DNA of 64,000 bases from Leucoraja erinacea (Eukaryota), in assembly GCF_028641065.1 (NCBI RefSeq), contig NC_073388.1, forward strand, positions 31,806,001 through 31,870,000, written 5' to 3'. Shown one piece after another: positions 48,100 to 62,883 of this stretch. The notes beneath the pieces are model-generated. The model saw only the letters and a list, made by a program, of their open reading frames with translations, was not told where the DNA came from and searched no databases. Both the position numbers and the translations under genes were made by a program. Each line of letters starts with the position of its first letter. Position 1 is the first letter of the stretch.

Positions 48100-51000
48100 A
48101 AAATTCGAAAGAATGTTCCTCCCAACAGCATCATTCTGGAGAGTTTTAGACTACGCAACATTCTGAAAGACCCACCAAGGGCAAGTATATAATCCAAAAA
48201 ACATATGGACCATATTTGTTTGAGACAAACGATTAACATCGAGATTAATCGCCAACTTTCCTATGGGATCCATCCTTTCAAAACATTTTATTCGGAGGAA
48301 TCAATTATCGGTGCCATATCAATGCCTTTTCAACAAAAAGCGCAAATAAGAATGAACAAAGTGACAATTAAGAAAACACACATCAGAACCACAACTAGAA
48401 CTATAGATAATGCTAAAACTGATGCCACTATGGATAAAACATAATAAAATTTTTAATACTGACATGTTAAGCTACATAAATTTTGTGAAAGAATGTTATA
48501 CAGATTTATTCCAAATTACAAACAAGACATTTCGACATTTGGGGATCAACGCCATAAACTTTTGGCAACGCCAACCTTGAAAACCTGGAAAAAGATCATG
48601 CAATTTTAAGATTAAATTCGGAGATATAGGGAATATTAACTCTACCTAAGGATATCAATAAAAACTTGTGGTCAAGATATTTTAACAATGCATTTATATC
48701 CACATCAAACGCAAAATAGCGAATAATAAAGTGTTTCAGTAATTTTTGGACAATTGTACCTTCCCAAATACTAGAGCTGAAGGAACAAGAGGACTGGGAG
48801 CACAAATTTATTCTCCAGGACATCGGAAGACACAATAAAACACACGTTAAGAATAGTGGAAAAACACCAGGACCATACGCAGATTCAGTATGAATTTTAT
48901 CATGCTTTGGGGTGAGCAACATTGTTACACCACGTCTACGAGAAACGTTATACTACGCTTTTAAAAGAACAAATCTTACCTGAACCTAGCAGAATCAACG
49001 ATCCCATTAAACTTAAAAAAGATAAAGATATAGAACCAGGCCTCATATAGAGCTAGGTTTATGTTAAATATGGACAAAAAATATTAGCGAAAACACTAGC
49101 TTGAAGATAATCAAATGTTTAGTAAAATTAATAAATGGATCAAACAGGATTTCTACCTAGAGACATGGATTTAATAACCTGAGACGCCTGCCTTAACATA
49201 ATGCACTCTCACAAACCTCAAGAACAAGATTTATCTATCATTTTCCATTGGACTCAGAAAAAGCGTTTTGATCAGTAGAATATGATTAAAGTATTGCAAA
49301 AATTTCAACCATGGAGAGAACTTCTCGCAATGGATACAATTATTATAATAAAACACACCCAACGGCTAGAAAGTAACTAATAATACTATCTAGCGGGAAT
49401 TCCATACAGGGCAATAGAACAAGGTATGTTCATTATCACCGCTGTATTTGCTCCTGGTAATTGAACCTTTTATCTGAAAAACTCAAACACGACCCGGAGA
49501 TTTTACGGTTATGATCACAAAATACACAAATAACAAAATATCCTTATAATACGCAGCACGAAGTACTACTGTATCTCACAAAAACCCCCAATCAGTAATA
49601 CCAAACATATTAAATCATAATTGAGGACTTTCTGGATCTTTCTCGGATACAGAATAAACACTGGAACAAAGTGAAATGAATTCGATAAAACGAAAGAAAC
49701 CACACATCTCTTGAAATTCCCCTTTAAAATAGGCCCACAGAAAAATTTACCAAGATTAGAATTGAAATCCACTAGAAATTATCACGCTAAAATGTTTTTA
49801 ATGCCATTTAGTCCGCCCTTAATTAAGAAACAAAATATCTAATCAATTTTCTGGAAAACCGCTCCCGATGTACTTTGTAATAGGTCGCTAATAAATGCTA
49901 TAAAGAATGATATTTTCGTAAATACCTACAAAGCCCTATATATATTGCCAATCAACTACCTATATATCTTCCAAAAAAGTTGTTTCAAAAAATCGTAGAC
50001 TCATACATTAACAAATTCTATAATATGGAGTTATAAATCCCCATCATAATACAATAGAGCACACCTTTGGTACACAAAGAGAGACATGGGTGGTCTTTGT
50101 TTGCGCTAGCCCGACATTTATGTCTATAACTTGTGCACGTTAATATTAAAAATATGATTCACACAACTGGACATACTTCTGCCCAGCAGTTGGCCTGAAT
50201 TGTAATGAGGAGAGAGAGTACTCTCTCCTCCGTTAATACAGGATTCGACTCTCCTCTCCACCAATGTAATCTGAAATAACCAAAATTATAATTAAAATCC
50301 AATGAGAGATAGCACAATTGAAGAACTTGGAAACAAAATAAAACCCGAATCTACAAATTAGAAAATCTATCTGTTTTAATGCAATAGTCCAATAACCCCG
50401 TTGTTTAAACTTCAATTCATAGATAATATTTACACAATGGGAAAGCCACTTGGGACTCAAAACGCTCGTGGAGACGTTGCTGCTTGAATTAGTGAAAATT
50501 ATCTTATCATGTTCAACAATTTACATACTGTGAAATATAAGTTGAAAAATTAATCAGTCACTATTTTATAATTATCTCGTCAAATCACGTTGGCCGATCT
50601 GAATAAAATACACACAACACCCAACTAATCATCACATTTGGCGCCCCAGAACTTATTGATGAAGCCATGGAAGACCAAAGGCCGAATAAGCAAATCTAAT
50701 ATCCATACTTATCACAACCATTATTTTAAATGAGTAGAATTACCTCCACACCGCTGGTATCTAGAAGAGACATGGGGAACAAGAACTTAGCTGATAAAAA
50801 GTTCAAAGATAGCTTGGGCTATAAACACTTACTATATGCTGACATAAATGCTCGCTCAATTGTACACGGACATACTCTAACTTCATCTAAAACATTACCT
50901 AGTACGATATTTATCCAACACGAAACATAAATAAACCCGTTCCCCAATGTCCTCACCCATTTTGTGCGAAATGTCAGTCACAAGAAGCTAATCATAGCTC

Positions 51001-51825
51001 CACGTCTTTTGGTTCCTGTAATGAAAATTCCAAAATGCTGGAAGACTAAATATTTGTAAATCTTCACAAACCTCTATTTATAATAAAACCTTGTATTTGT
51101 AAATAAACAGGCATGACTGGATCATTTCTTTTTTGGTGTGATATCAGAAGGTACTCCCCGAATTAAAGTGTGTGTTTCAAAATAACTTACTTTATGCTTG
51201 CGGGCTAATAATGGGGAAACAAGCTTATAGACCCAGAGGTTTGGAAAAAATTCTTCCAAGACCAACCTAAAAGTTTGGGTATTCAAACATGTTCCGAAAC
51301 ACTAACGACATGGAAGTGATGACGAGCCCTCCTAGCAAGGCAAAGCAGACCACTTCCAAAAGACTGGTCTGCATTTTATGGAACCTATACAAGCATAAGG
51401 TTCAAATGGTATTGTCAAAATATACATGGTAACCAGGATCTTGTAACGGGGGGTAGCAAAATAATTTATAAAACAATAAAAACAGTTGGTTAAAATACAA
51501 AAATAAAAAAATAAACCACGACAGTTGGTACCATCCTTGTTTTGTGAGTTTTCTGTTACAATAAGCGATTGTTTTTCCTTTTTTTTTTTTCTTTTCTTTT
51601 CTAGGGTCTTTATTTCCTTTTCTTTCCTTCCTTCGCTAACTTTCCTAGGGCTTTCTTTCTTCGCTCAACACACTTTCCTGCACCTTCACGCTTCTGCTCA
51701 TTTCCTTACTTCTTTTATTTCTACCTTTTTTAAGCTCGAAAAAAGAAGTGATACAACAAACGTAATAATATATATGTGAATTGTATTACTGTAATTTTTG
51801 TACTTCTATTTAAAAAAAAAAAATT
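48100..51825 (+). mobile_element. L1/Tx1-clade LINE ORF2 and 3' UTR, indel-riddled
   Basis: Corrupted motifs ~LDAEKAFD (49250-49275), ~QGCPLSPLLF (49420-49450), ~KISLYADD (49535-49565); 49840-51400 is colinear with the cleaner copy at 4980-7620; poly-A near 51812. Confidence 0.8.
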
Positions 51826-51939
51826 AATATATATATATTTTTTAAAACGACTCAACAAATTTGAAAATTACTAAACCCATAAAGCGTAACCTTGCATCAA
51901 CTCCATTCCATCATGTTTTATCTCCAAACATCCTCGTTG

Positions 51940-52500
51940 TTGGAACCTGAACAGTACCGGACGGCCTTTTCACTGCCACAATGTCCATGCCAAACATGAT
52001 GCCAAGTTAAACTATCTCTTCTGCCTGCATATGATCCAGTTTCCTCCATTTTCCTGCATATCCCCGTGTCTATCTAACAGCCCTAAAAAGACACTCGAAC
52101 TCTAAGGGGTTATCTTCCACCACCACCCGAGGTGATCCTTCCACCACACACAGGTCCTTAAAAGTTGTTACCCAATTGGAGCTTAAACACATTACATTTC
52201 CAATCACCGGGGGAAAAAAGGGTTGAACTAATTCTACCCTAGTCTAGTTCCTCTCATATTTTCCAATACTTCATAGCGTCTCCCGTCACCCTGCTGTTGT
52301 TTCAAACCACCAAATTGTGGGTGGTGTACAAACCTCGCCTTAGTAGGACATTCCCTGGGATCCAGCAGACCCCCTCCAAAGGACATGTTGCTTCGCCCGC
52401 TCCAAAATCGGTCAAGCACCCTCGCGTGTGCCACCAGCAAGAAATACCAACGACCTGAACAGGTGGCGACAAAAAGAAAGCAAACATCCAAAAGCAAGCC
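51940..52500 (-). mobile_element. CR1 3' fragment (noisy)
   Basis: cacaatgtccatgccaaacatgatgccaag..cctgcatatcc, similar to 28755-28922. Confidence 0.5.
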
Positions 52501-53929
52501 TAACCAATTGATTTATAAAGCGCAGTACCCTCTAGGGTGAAACTAAACAGCGTCGTGAGCTTTGGAACGTGGCGATGGATCTGTGGCGATGTACAGTAAA
52601 TTAGCAATTAACCAAGTACATTTGTTGACACAAGGAGTGGTACAGGTGAGGATTGTAAATCAGATGATAACATAAGTAACAAAAGGATGGTCGTGAAGAC
52701 AATCAGCAGTACAAGTTTACCACAAGGTGTTGGCCTTCTTAGATCAGTGGGCAAGTGCGAATGCATAATGGACATGCAATCGAAACAGTAGAGCACATAT
52801 CGAGGTATGGTAGAAACCACACAAAAAGTGCAAATGAAAGTTATACAACACACCTTGGAGTATGGCTGACGAGTTCACGCGTCAAAAAAAAAGAGCATTT
52901 TCATGGTGTCAGGCAGCAGCAACAGTGGTTTTGTGTATTAGCGATTTGATGCACGTCTGCAGTCTTGGCTGCTAATGGCTGCTGTGCGCAACAAGTTTGT
53001 AGTGACAAAGTCTTTCCCCGAGAAGTCTTGACACAAAACACAACACGAGAGCTGTGTTGCAACAAACACATGTTCGTGGCTCACATATATTTAACGGTTG
53101 CCTTAAGTCAGCTTATACATTTCCTTATCCTGTTCCAGGCAACCAATGCGGTGCCCAACGTGCGTGGCATATTGAAAACGATCCTGAGAGATTGTTCTCG
53201 GTTAAACTGAATTTGGGGTATAGGGACACACACAAACTGGAAAAGCCGAACATGCGAACACGGAACAGGTGGGTGAAGTGAAGTGGGTTCGAGGAATCGA
53301 TTCAGATTCACTTTGGTTATTTGGCAGTTGTGACACACGGGGCGTGACAGAGACATGAAAATAGCAGTGGAGGGCCATCAGGCTCCCACTATCTGCAGAT
53401 TGCGCGACGGCCGTACGCGGAAAGTCCGCGAAAGATGGAACGAAAAAAGGGAAAGGGCGAAAGGGAACAGGGGGAAACAGGAAAAGGGGGGAAAAGCACC
53501 GGGGAAAGTACAAGTAAGGATGGACAGTAAGGCACGTCCAGTCCTTAAGACCTCATCTCAGTGCTAGTGCGTGGATGATCATACTCATATTACGCAGGCA
53601 CATGAATGAGGATTTTGCACGTATAGAACATACGAACATGCTCAAACAATCTCTCATGAACCGTGCACAGTGTAGCAGACTGTACGTGAGTGGCATTTGC
53701 TACAGCACAATTCAATCTAGTACTTTGAGTCATTCGGCTAAAACATGATACATGGGCAGGTCCAATCCGGTGAAAAAGTACAGTAATAGGTCGAGAGTGA
53801 CCATCGATGGACTCGCTAAAAAAAAGTACTCCGCAGCATGCTATATTGAGGTTGTGTGGTGCGTACACAACTACTCTAGTGTAATACTCGACTAGCAGCC
53901 CATCGACCATTATACAGAAATACGCCTAA

Positions 53930-56900
53930 GAGCGACACAAGGGGGGGAGAAGAAGGGAGTGGGTATGATTGGGAGGGAGTGGAGAGTGAGATGAGAGGTG
54001 GGAAGAGGAGAGTGATGAGAGGGGTTTGATGGGAATATGGGGAGAGGAAAGAGAGGAGTGAAATTAGGAAGAGAGAAGATAGCAAGGAGATTAGAGGAGA
54101 TGGCTGACGTAGACGAGAGGTGGGAGAGGAGAAGGAGGGGTGAAAGAGGAAAAGGGGGGGAGAGGCTGGAGGGATATAGGAAGGGAGAGAGGGGGGGGTG
54201 GGAGTACGGATGGGGTAGGAAAGGGGGTGAGAGGAGGGACGCTGTATGTTGGGACTGGTTGCTGCTTCGAGATTGCGCGTGTAGAGGAGAGGAGGGGGCA
54301 GTATGAAGGTTATAGTAGTGATGAGTAAGTCGACGGAGGACACATGGCACGGAAGAGGCGAAGTGCCAGTGACGAGTGGTTGGACAAATGAAATTTGGGA
54401 TTGTTGGGTGATGATTGAGCGAGAGTGGTGGACGAGGGAGGAAGGTGGGGATTGGATCAACGGAATGAGGGAAGGAGAGCCGCATGCAAGGGGGGAGGGT
54501 TGGAGAGTGGGGGGGAGACACGAAAGATGGGAGAGTGGGAGTGTTGGCTGGGTGAGGAAGTTTGAGACAGCTGCTGCAAACGAGGGAAGAGACGGGAGAG
54601 AGGGTGATAGTTGTGGGGTGTATGGGGATTGTGATGACAGTGACGAGGGGAGAGGGAGGAGAGGAGAGGGGGGGGAGGAGAGGGAGGGAGAGAGAGGGAG
54701 GGGGAGAGATGAAGAGGAGCGAGGAGGGGGGGAGAGGGAGTGAAGAGAGGAGAGGGGAAAGGACAGGGGGGGAGAAGGGAGGAGGTGGAGGAGGTAGGGT
54801 GGGGAAAGAGAGGAGGAGAGGGAGAGAGGAGAGAGGAGTTGGGAGAGGGTGGGAGGGAGGGAGATCTGGAGATTAGAGGGGAGAAGAGAGAGTAAGATGC
54901 TGGTGAGATGAGGAGGGAGAGGGAGAGGGTGGGGAGAGGACGGAGAGAGAGATAGGACCGGACATGAGAGAGAGCAAGAAATGGGAGACATGTAGAGGGG
55001 AAGGGGGGAGATTTCGTGAAGACTGTGGGACAGGAGAGGAGAGGAGAGAGGGAGGGGCTTTGAGAGAACCTGCGAGGTGGGAGGGAGGAGGAGCGAGGAG
55101 GGGAGGTGAGTAGATTTGATGAAGGAGACCAGGACCCCCGAGGACTCCGCAGCGAGAGGAGTATTAGGTGAGAGAGCTAGACAGAGTCGAACTGAAGGAA
55201 AGTTTATTGGAGTACTTGGCGAGAGAGGGCTGTTGAGAGTGTGACCAAGAAGGGCAGAGGATGAGAACGAGAGAGCGAGTGAGGAGAGGAACACCGGGGC
55301 AGAGAGGGGAGGAGTAGCAAAGAGGTGACTGAGCGAGATAATCGATAGGGAGGTGGGAGGGAGCATGTAGGGGTGAGGAGACTCTGCAGCGGAGCAGGAG
55401 GAAGGGAGGAAGAGGAAACTTACTGTGAGAGTGAGGGGGCAAGAGAATCGTAAAATAGAGCGAGGGGGCTGTTTTCTGTAGGAGAGGGTGGACAGTAGGA
55501 GAAGCGTCGGGATCCCGGGAAGTAGGAAAAGGCATTGAACAGAGCGGAGGAATGCATCCGAGTCAGCGCAATCCGTATATCCAGGTAGACAGCAGTCATC
55601 CGAGGAGAGGAGGTCGACGATGAGTGAGTGAGGGCATGACGGTGAAGAAGAAGTAGTGGAGAGTAGAGGATGAGGAGAAGTGTAGGGATGTGTGACGAGG
55701 CGCTATGGATGAGAATGAGAGAACGACTTCGAGAGGGAGTGTGGGGGAGAGTCGAAGGATGTGATAGGAGATAAGGAGAGGGAGAGGGATAGGGAGATAG
55801 TGAGGAGAGGGGGCGTGAGTCGGTGGGAGGCGAGAGTTCCTTGCTCTTGTGTGAGCAATCGGTAAGGTGTGCGCGAAAGTGACGAGTGGAGAGACAACCT
55901 CAGACGGAGGGGGCTATGGGGAATGGTAGGGGCAGCTGAAGGAGTTATCGTGGTGCCTAAAGGCAAGGAGAGAATGTCTCCTATGGTCGGGAGTGCAGAA
56001 TATAGTTAGAGAGACCATATATACACATACTGAATGGGATCGACATTAAGAGAGAGGATATACATTTTTATCGGAGGGAGGAGGGCGGAGCCAAATACAG
56101 ATCCAAAACGAGGACGACGATCAGATTACAGAGTGAAAGAAGTGAGAGGACTATAAATGAGACACGAGAACTGATGAAGATCGCGAGACTGAGTCTCTAG
56201 ACGCTGAGAGGGGTAAACTAATGTCTACAGATATCTAAAGAGTGATAGAGTGAGAGCACTCTTTCTTAGGCTATGAGTGACTGAGTACGGCGAGTTAAGT
56301 GCGAGAGAGGTGAGGAAGAGACGGATTAGGAGAGAGGGTTTAGTGGGATGAGGGAACACCCGGTTAGCTTAGGAGAGGTTTGAAATTGTAGAGCGAGAGC
56401 CCATTGGTGGGGAGTGAAGGATAATTAGATGGTAGCACGGTTGACGTGAGGAGGGAGTGAGCGTAGTGGTGTGGGGGACTTCCAAGCTCACTTGGATTCA
56501 AATGAAAGTAATGGACTTGGAGGGAACAGGCAAAATATATTACAATAGAGTGATTGATGATCTGGATGAGGGAGTATTGAAGGGGCAATATCTCCAAGTT
56601 TTTGCGGAATGACACTCAAGCTGGGGGACAGTGTGTAGCTGAGAAGAGATGCTATGCTAGAGACTTGCTGGTGATTGGATGAGGACTGGATAGGTCCAAG
56701 ACAGTGTGGGGGAAGGTGTTGGAAGCATAGATGCACGTATAAAATGTGGATAAATGTCTGAGGTTATCCATTTTGAGGTGGCCAAAAACAGGGAAAGCAG
56801 AGATTTGTTTTATATAAATGTGCGGTAAATGTGTGCGAGGGTAGGGAGAGATATCGGCAAAGCGAGAGGGATTTGGTCAATGGTAAGTACACCATCATTG

Positions 56901-59700
56901 AAGGTAGAGGGATGTGATGGGGTAGTCAGGATGTGATAGAGAGCGAATCGTTGCACTGGAGCCTTTAAGCTCGAAACCGTCTGTTTAGGCGAAGAGGAGG
57001 GGACGAGGAACTATACTATAGCTTGTGTTGTACGAGTTCCGACGAGATCGGTCTTGAAAGATACTGAGAGATTTGCGGTGAGTGAGGAGTATTGAGAAGG
57101 CGGTGACAGTATGGGGCTCCAAATGACTGCAGGGTGCAGTGTAGAAAATTATGAAGATTAGAGGGACCGAGCGAGTCAGTTAGAGTACACGAGACATCGA
57201 CCTGTGAATGAGACCTAGGGCTCAGCCCCACCAGCGAAAAACTGTTTTTATGAGGAGGGGGGGTATTTGGATGAAGTGAAACCGAGGATGTGGTAGCAAA
57301 GGAGAGTCTTAGGAAGATTTGAGATGGGAGAGAGGGCGAGGGTAATATGCCAGAGGAGGATGGTAGAGCGGTTGAGCTACAGGGAACTAGGACAGACTAG
57401 AGAGCGGGATGATGAGGTTGATAAGATGGCTATTCGAGACCTTGGAGAAGGTGGAGGTCCCGGAGGAGTGTTCGATGAGACGAGGTGGTAGTCTCCGGGA
57501 TAGAATCAGTCAGGAAGATCCCTTTCGTACCAAAACGGAGAGATGAGAGCAACTTTTTATCCAGACAGAAGAGCAATAGAAAGCTAGAGGCTCTGGGGTG
57601 AGAACGCCGAATATATGGTTGACAGAGGGTCGCATGCGAGGCGGCGCATCCACCTGAACGCTGGTGGCCCTGCGAGAAGGAGGAGCGTGGAGATGTGAGA
57701 CTCGCTCACGAGGTAAGAGAGCGAGGTGACATTAGGAGGAGAAAGAGGGAGATGGAGAAGTGAAGACAGAGATACGACAGGGATACCGAGAGGAAGTGAG
57801 ATCGCGTGAAGACGAGAGATCATTTTGAGAGAGGATTGTAGGAGTCGTTGAGGGGAGGGGGGTGAGGGGTGGTGCGGTAGAGCGGGAGTGGGGTTGAGGA
57901 TATATTATGAGACCGACGGGTAGCGAGCCAGAACGAGGGTTCCGGTATGGATTACGAATCAGATGGGCTGGGGGTTTGAGGAGCAGAGAGTTGTGGTAAT
58001 GGAGAGACCCTCTGGAGAGAAGCGAGGAGTCGGAGGAGGCTTGTTGAGCTGAGCGGATGAAGATTGGAGAAGATCAGAGAAGTGAGAGTGAGTGAGGGGT
58101 GATCGTTGTTGACTTTAGTGGTATTTGAGGATGCAGGGAGTGGCACGGGCAGTTGCCTTACGATAAAGAGATGGGTGTGCTCTGAGAGAAGAGAAAGGGA
58201 TGAGTGAGTAAAAGGATGAAGAAGGAAGAAAGAATATGGAGAGGAGAGAAGGAGAGATTGGGTAGAGAATGAAATGGCGACTACCGCGCCCATTTTATGG
58301 GATGAGATTCGGTTGGAGATGTAGCAGATTGCGTAGCAGACGATGTTAGTGGTCTTGCGGACGGAGCAATGGGCTTAGATCACTTAAGATGGCAAGAGGC
58401 CTTTGGGATGATGGTGAGGAATGGAAAAGCAGACTGAAGATAGAGAAGAGAGGAGAAGAGAGAAGGTAAGAGAGGGTACCTGCCGGGTAAAAGAGAAGAA
58501 GGCAAGCAAGGTTAGCGTTGGACACTGAAGAAGATGTAGCAATCCTCGTGGTTTGGACCGAGTATAATAGGAGCGCTGCTGAGAGATGACGAGTGAGATG
58601 ATAGGAGGAGGGAGCAGAGTGGAAGGTGGGATGGAAGAAGGGAAGGGAGAGAAGATCGCGAAGAGAGAAGAGGGAGAGAGAGAGAGAGAGGAGAGAGAGA
58701 TCGAGAGAAGAGAGAGGAGGAAGAGAGACGAGAGGGGAGAGAGCGGGGGAGAGGGGAGACGGAGAGAAGAGGAGAGGGAAGAAGATGGAGGAAGGGGGGG
58801 GACCGGGAGAAGGGGGGAGAAGGGAGAAGGCTCTTCGCGGGAGGAGGCCTTCACAAATCGAAAGAGGGAAGAGGGGAGAAAGGGAGAACAGGGGGATAGC
58901 TGATTGCTACAGGTGGGGACAGGGATGCGGAGGGAGGGGGATATCTCTGGGGGACAGAGAGAGAGGGGGGGGAGGAGGGGGTAAAAGGGGGAGAGAGAAG
59001 GCGACAGGAACAGGGGGAGTTATGAGGGAAAGGAGGGCAGTGTGACGATAGACATTTATAAGTGCAGTCCGTCCCATTCCGACCACCGATTATAGAGCCA
59101 GAGGTGAAATGGAGTTGGCGACACAGCGGCCACGGCGGGTTCCCACACCCCCCTGTCGGGACCCAAGAATGTCAAACCAATAGGAGTCTTGTGATGGGGG
59201 AGCGGGTGCTATAATATCTCGGCGGCGGCGCGGCGGTGAGAGGCTGTAGAGCTGGTGCGGGAGTCTTGCGGGGGAGGCGGGATGGAGGGGATTTGGAGTC
59301 TACAGGGGGCGGGGGTAGGGGGGGCGGGGAGGGTCGGCCATGGAGGGGAGGAGGGCGGGAGGGGGACCCTCGAGGGAGGGAGGGCTGTTCACCTGCAAGG
59401 GGAGGAGGAGGAGGGTCGGAGGATGGGGGGGGCGAGGCTGGCGTGGGGAGGATGTGAGGGCAGGGCGCGGTTAGGGGGAGAGAGGATGACAGGGGGGTGC
59501 GGGGGCGAGGATGAGAGGGGGGAGAGGGTCCAGGGGGGCGTGTGTAAGGAGGTGGGGAGAGTCGAGGCGGGGGGGGAGGGGGAGGGACCGAGGGGGGAGG
59601 GAGGCGTCCCCAAATGGGGTGTGTGTCGGAGGGGGATGTGGGATGGAGGGGCAGGTTGGCGTGGGGGCCACAGGACAGAGGGAGTTGTGTGTAGTGAGGG
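53930..59700. repeat. Purine-rich (G/A) low-complexity, low-accuracy tract
   Basis: Extreme G+A skew; long S/P/L or G/E/R spurious ORFs. Confidence 0.8.
55200..57800 (+). mobile_element. CR1 ORF2 RT and 3' region buried in error-rich GA sequence
   Basis: 56555-56820 reads as corrupted DLDEG..NISKFADDTKLGG..NVDKCEVIHFGGKNRK, matching the 8038-8259 peptide; boundaries approximate. Confidence 0.65.
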
Positions 59701-62439
59701 GGGACATGTAAGCGGAGGGGACATACATCCAAAGCCGGTGGGGAGACCTAAGTGGGCCTGGCGGCCTCGGTTGCTTAGATTTTAAGTTTATGACACGTGA
59801 TCCCCGAGGTACATTGAAGGTCTGTTGCCACTGGTCGCTCATGCTCAGTAATACCGTTAGTCCCGTTCACGGCCGAGCCAACTTCCGCTCTAGGCTCCAC
59901 CTGCGCACCCATTTTTTGGTTGATCATCGGCATGTGCCCCCCCCCCTTGTGTCGCCACCCTCCCGGGAGTTGCCCCGCTGTCTCTGTCCCTCGACGAGCC
60001 CGTCCCTTTTTAGGCTTTTTCCTTTGTTTTTCCGTTGCACCTTTTCTCTTCTTTCCTTCTTTCCCTCTCTTGGCGTCGGTTCAACGATGCCTAGATGGAC
60101 AGTTCATGACTCCTCTTCCTTAAAAACCCTTTTTCCCCCCCTTTCCCGTGCTTTTCCCTCCCCTCCCGCACTTGCCGTTTCAAGACGAATATTAAGTTAG
60201 CCTTTCAAAAGGTCGCTCCGCCTGAAACAGATAAATCTTGTGTACACCCGGCCTTCTTCCCCCCCCGGCCTTCTCAACCCCCTCCTCCGCTCCTTGCTTT
60301 GCTCTCTCGTCTTCTAACAGCACCTTCTGTTGCTTCGCTTTCTCGCCCTTCTCAGGCGCCTGCCCCCCCTCGCAGAACTCCTCTCTTCTCTTTCTTGGTA
60401 CGTCTCCCAGGGCAGAATCTGTTGGACGAGCCAGTGGGGACAGGAGTTCAAACAGGTAACTTCCCTCCACCCTTTTTGGAATACCCACCATTAAATAGTT
60501 CTCCTCCCTCTTTCTGGGGGGGGCTTTCCCTCCTGTCCCGCCTTCCCGTACTTTAACCTGAGATGACTTCGCCCCCTACCCCTAATCTCCCCTAGGACAC
60601 TTAGGCTCTAGAAGACGTTTCCCTTGGATAGCTCCCCTATCGGAGAAGTACCCTATCTGTGACAGTCCACTCACCCCCCCAAGCGCTGATTTTCCATTTA
60701 GACCTTTTGTCCCCCCCCCTCTCTTGCTTTTACTTTTCAGCCCTACTTATAATATTCCTGACAACATTTTTGTGTTTTCCCTTTTTTCCTTTTGTCACAG
60801 TCCTAGTTCTACAGGCACCTCCTCCAGTCGCGGTGGAGCTTTTCTTTCTTAAAGTCTCTTTCTTTTTACCCTTCTTATTCTTCCCCTCTGCGCTGGCCGA
60901 GGCGATCGCAGGCTTCCGGATGTGTGAACCGCAGCCCAGGGCATGGGAAGTAGTTCAGCCCCCCCCCCCCCCCCCCCCCCGCGGCTGAATCCAAGCACCG
61001 CGAACTCGGGCTGGTTTTCAAACTCCACGGCCCGAGGCGGTCGAACATCCTGCTGAAGCTGCGCCGCCCTCCAGTAAAAACAGGTCACCAACCTGTGACC
61101 TTGCTAGCTTCCCGACGATTGTTGTCCACCGGGGCCGTATGTGCCTGTCCTCCCGCCGAGGTCAGGCCCACCGCTGGCCGCCTATAATGCCACACTCCGA
61201 GGTCGGGTCGCCTGCTGGCTTGCGTGAAACTCCCAAAACTCCGAAGCTGGGCCAGCTCAGCTATTAGTCCGCGGCGCAGGCGTGAGACATAGAACTGGGT
61301 ATACGACAAAAGCAGTCGCATCCCCGCGAAGGACAGTTACCAAAAACTGTTTCTCTCTCTCTTCACCACGCCCCCCCCACAACACATCCACAAACCTAAT
61401 AAACCTAAAAAATAACTACACCAGTACAAAGCAACCCAACAAAAGAAAAAACAAATGGACTGCAGCGAGACACACCCGCAGCTTTGCTAATGCAGCGCCG
61501 CGATGAATTGGGCAATTCGGCGCAAGGGGAATTGAAAATTGGTTCATCTCCAGGTGGGGCCACCCGGGATAGAGAGAACAAGGTAAGGGGAAGAAAGGAG
61601 CAGGGTTTTATTTACCTAAAACTGAAAATTCAATATTCATAACCAATGGTTTTGTACGCAGAATTCATTTGAACGGTTCTGTATCATCTTTGTGGCGGAA
61701 AGGAAAATGTCCAATCAAAGAGAAATTGTTATGGAATCCTTCTAATCCCGTCCAACTAGTTGAAAATTATTTGGTTTCAGGATACGCTGTTGTTTGCAGA
61801 GGAGTTAAATTCTTTAATCTATCCTATATTCTATCATAAGTACATTGTTTTGTTGGAGCGATTCATAAGTTTTTGATAGACGTAAGTGTACAAATAGTGT
61901 TATAGGCTTCAGCAGAGTGTCCACAAGAGTCCTGTCCTTGTCAGATGTTAAAACCCCCTTTTTCACGGTGCGACTTGACGCAAGAGGTACAACCAAGAGT
62001 TTGACATCGTGGGGAACCTCGTGCGTAACAATACGGCATTCGTTGACCACCGTGACGCTAACGGCAGGTAATCTTGTACCTTGGGTACTCGAGAGAAAAT
62101 TCAAACATGTTTGAATTTGTCCAAGAGTGTCTTGTGCACTTGTGGTTGAGCATTGCAACATTTTATGAACGAAGTGTCCCGTGCGATATCGGTAGTAACT
62201 CTTGCGGTCACCGTGGGAACTCCTGCCAACGGTGAACCCGGAAGTTGGATAGAGTGAATCCAGCCAGTTTGCTATTTACATACAAATCTAATAAAACTAG
62301 CTAAGCATTTCATTAATGTCCAGTGTGGTCTCTTTTTTGTCTGAAAGATGGGGGTGTCTTTCATTTACTGGCGGTGGTGTCCCTGTCACTGAAACAGGCA
62401 GGTAAGATTTCGCATCCACCTTGTGTGTGCGTATCTCTC

Positions 62440-62842
62440 CTCTCTCTCGTCTCTCTCCCTCCCTCTCACACAGCATAGCGTGAATGGATGAACTCTCCGC
62501 GGGCCATGGCATCATCTACAGAGAGAAATGGACAGACACAGAGAGAGAGAGAGAGAGCGAGGCAGTCCTGGTCAGTCCTTTTTTGGAAGATCACAACACC
62601 ATTTTTTTGTTTGCTTGGAGCAACTCAGCGGGACGGGCCGCATCTCTGGAGAGACAGTGAACGTAAATGCTGCCTGGCCCGCGGAGTTCCTCCATTCCAT
62701 GCCTGTGTGAGAGTGAGGGAGGGAGAGTGTGAAGAAGGCTCTCGACCCGAAACGCCACCCGTTCCTTCTCTCCAGAAGATGCTGCCTGTCCCGCTGAGTT
62801 GCTCCAAGCAACTGGTGTCTATCTTCAAAGGACTGACCAGGA

Positions 62843-62883
<41 letters not shown>

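Noticed and set aside
53876-55366. 496-aa ORF
   Set aside because: S/P/L low-complexity product of a GA-skewed tract that lacks stops by composition.
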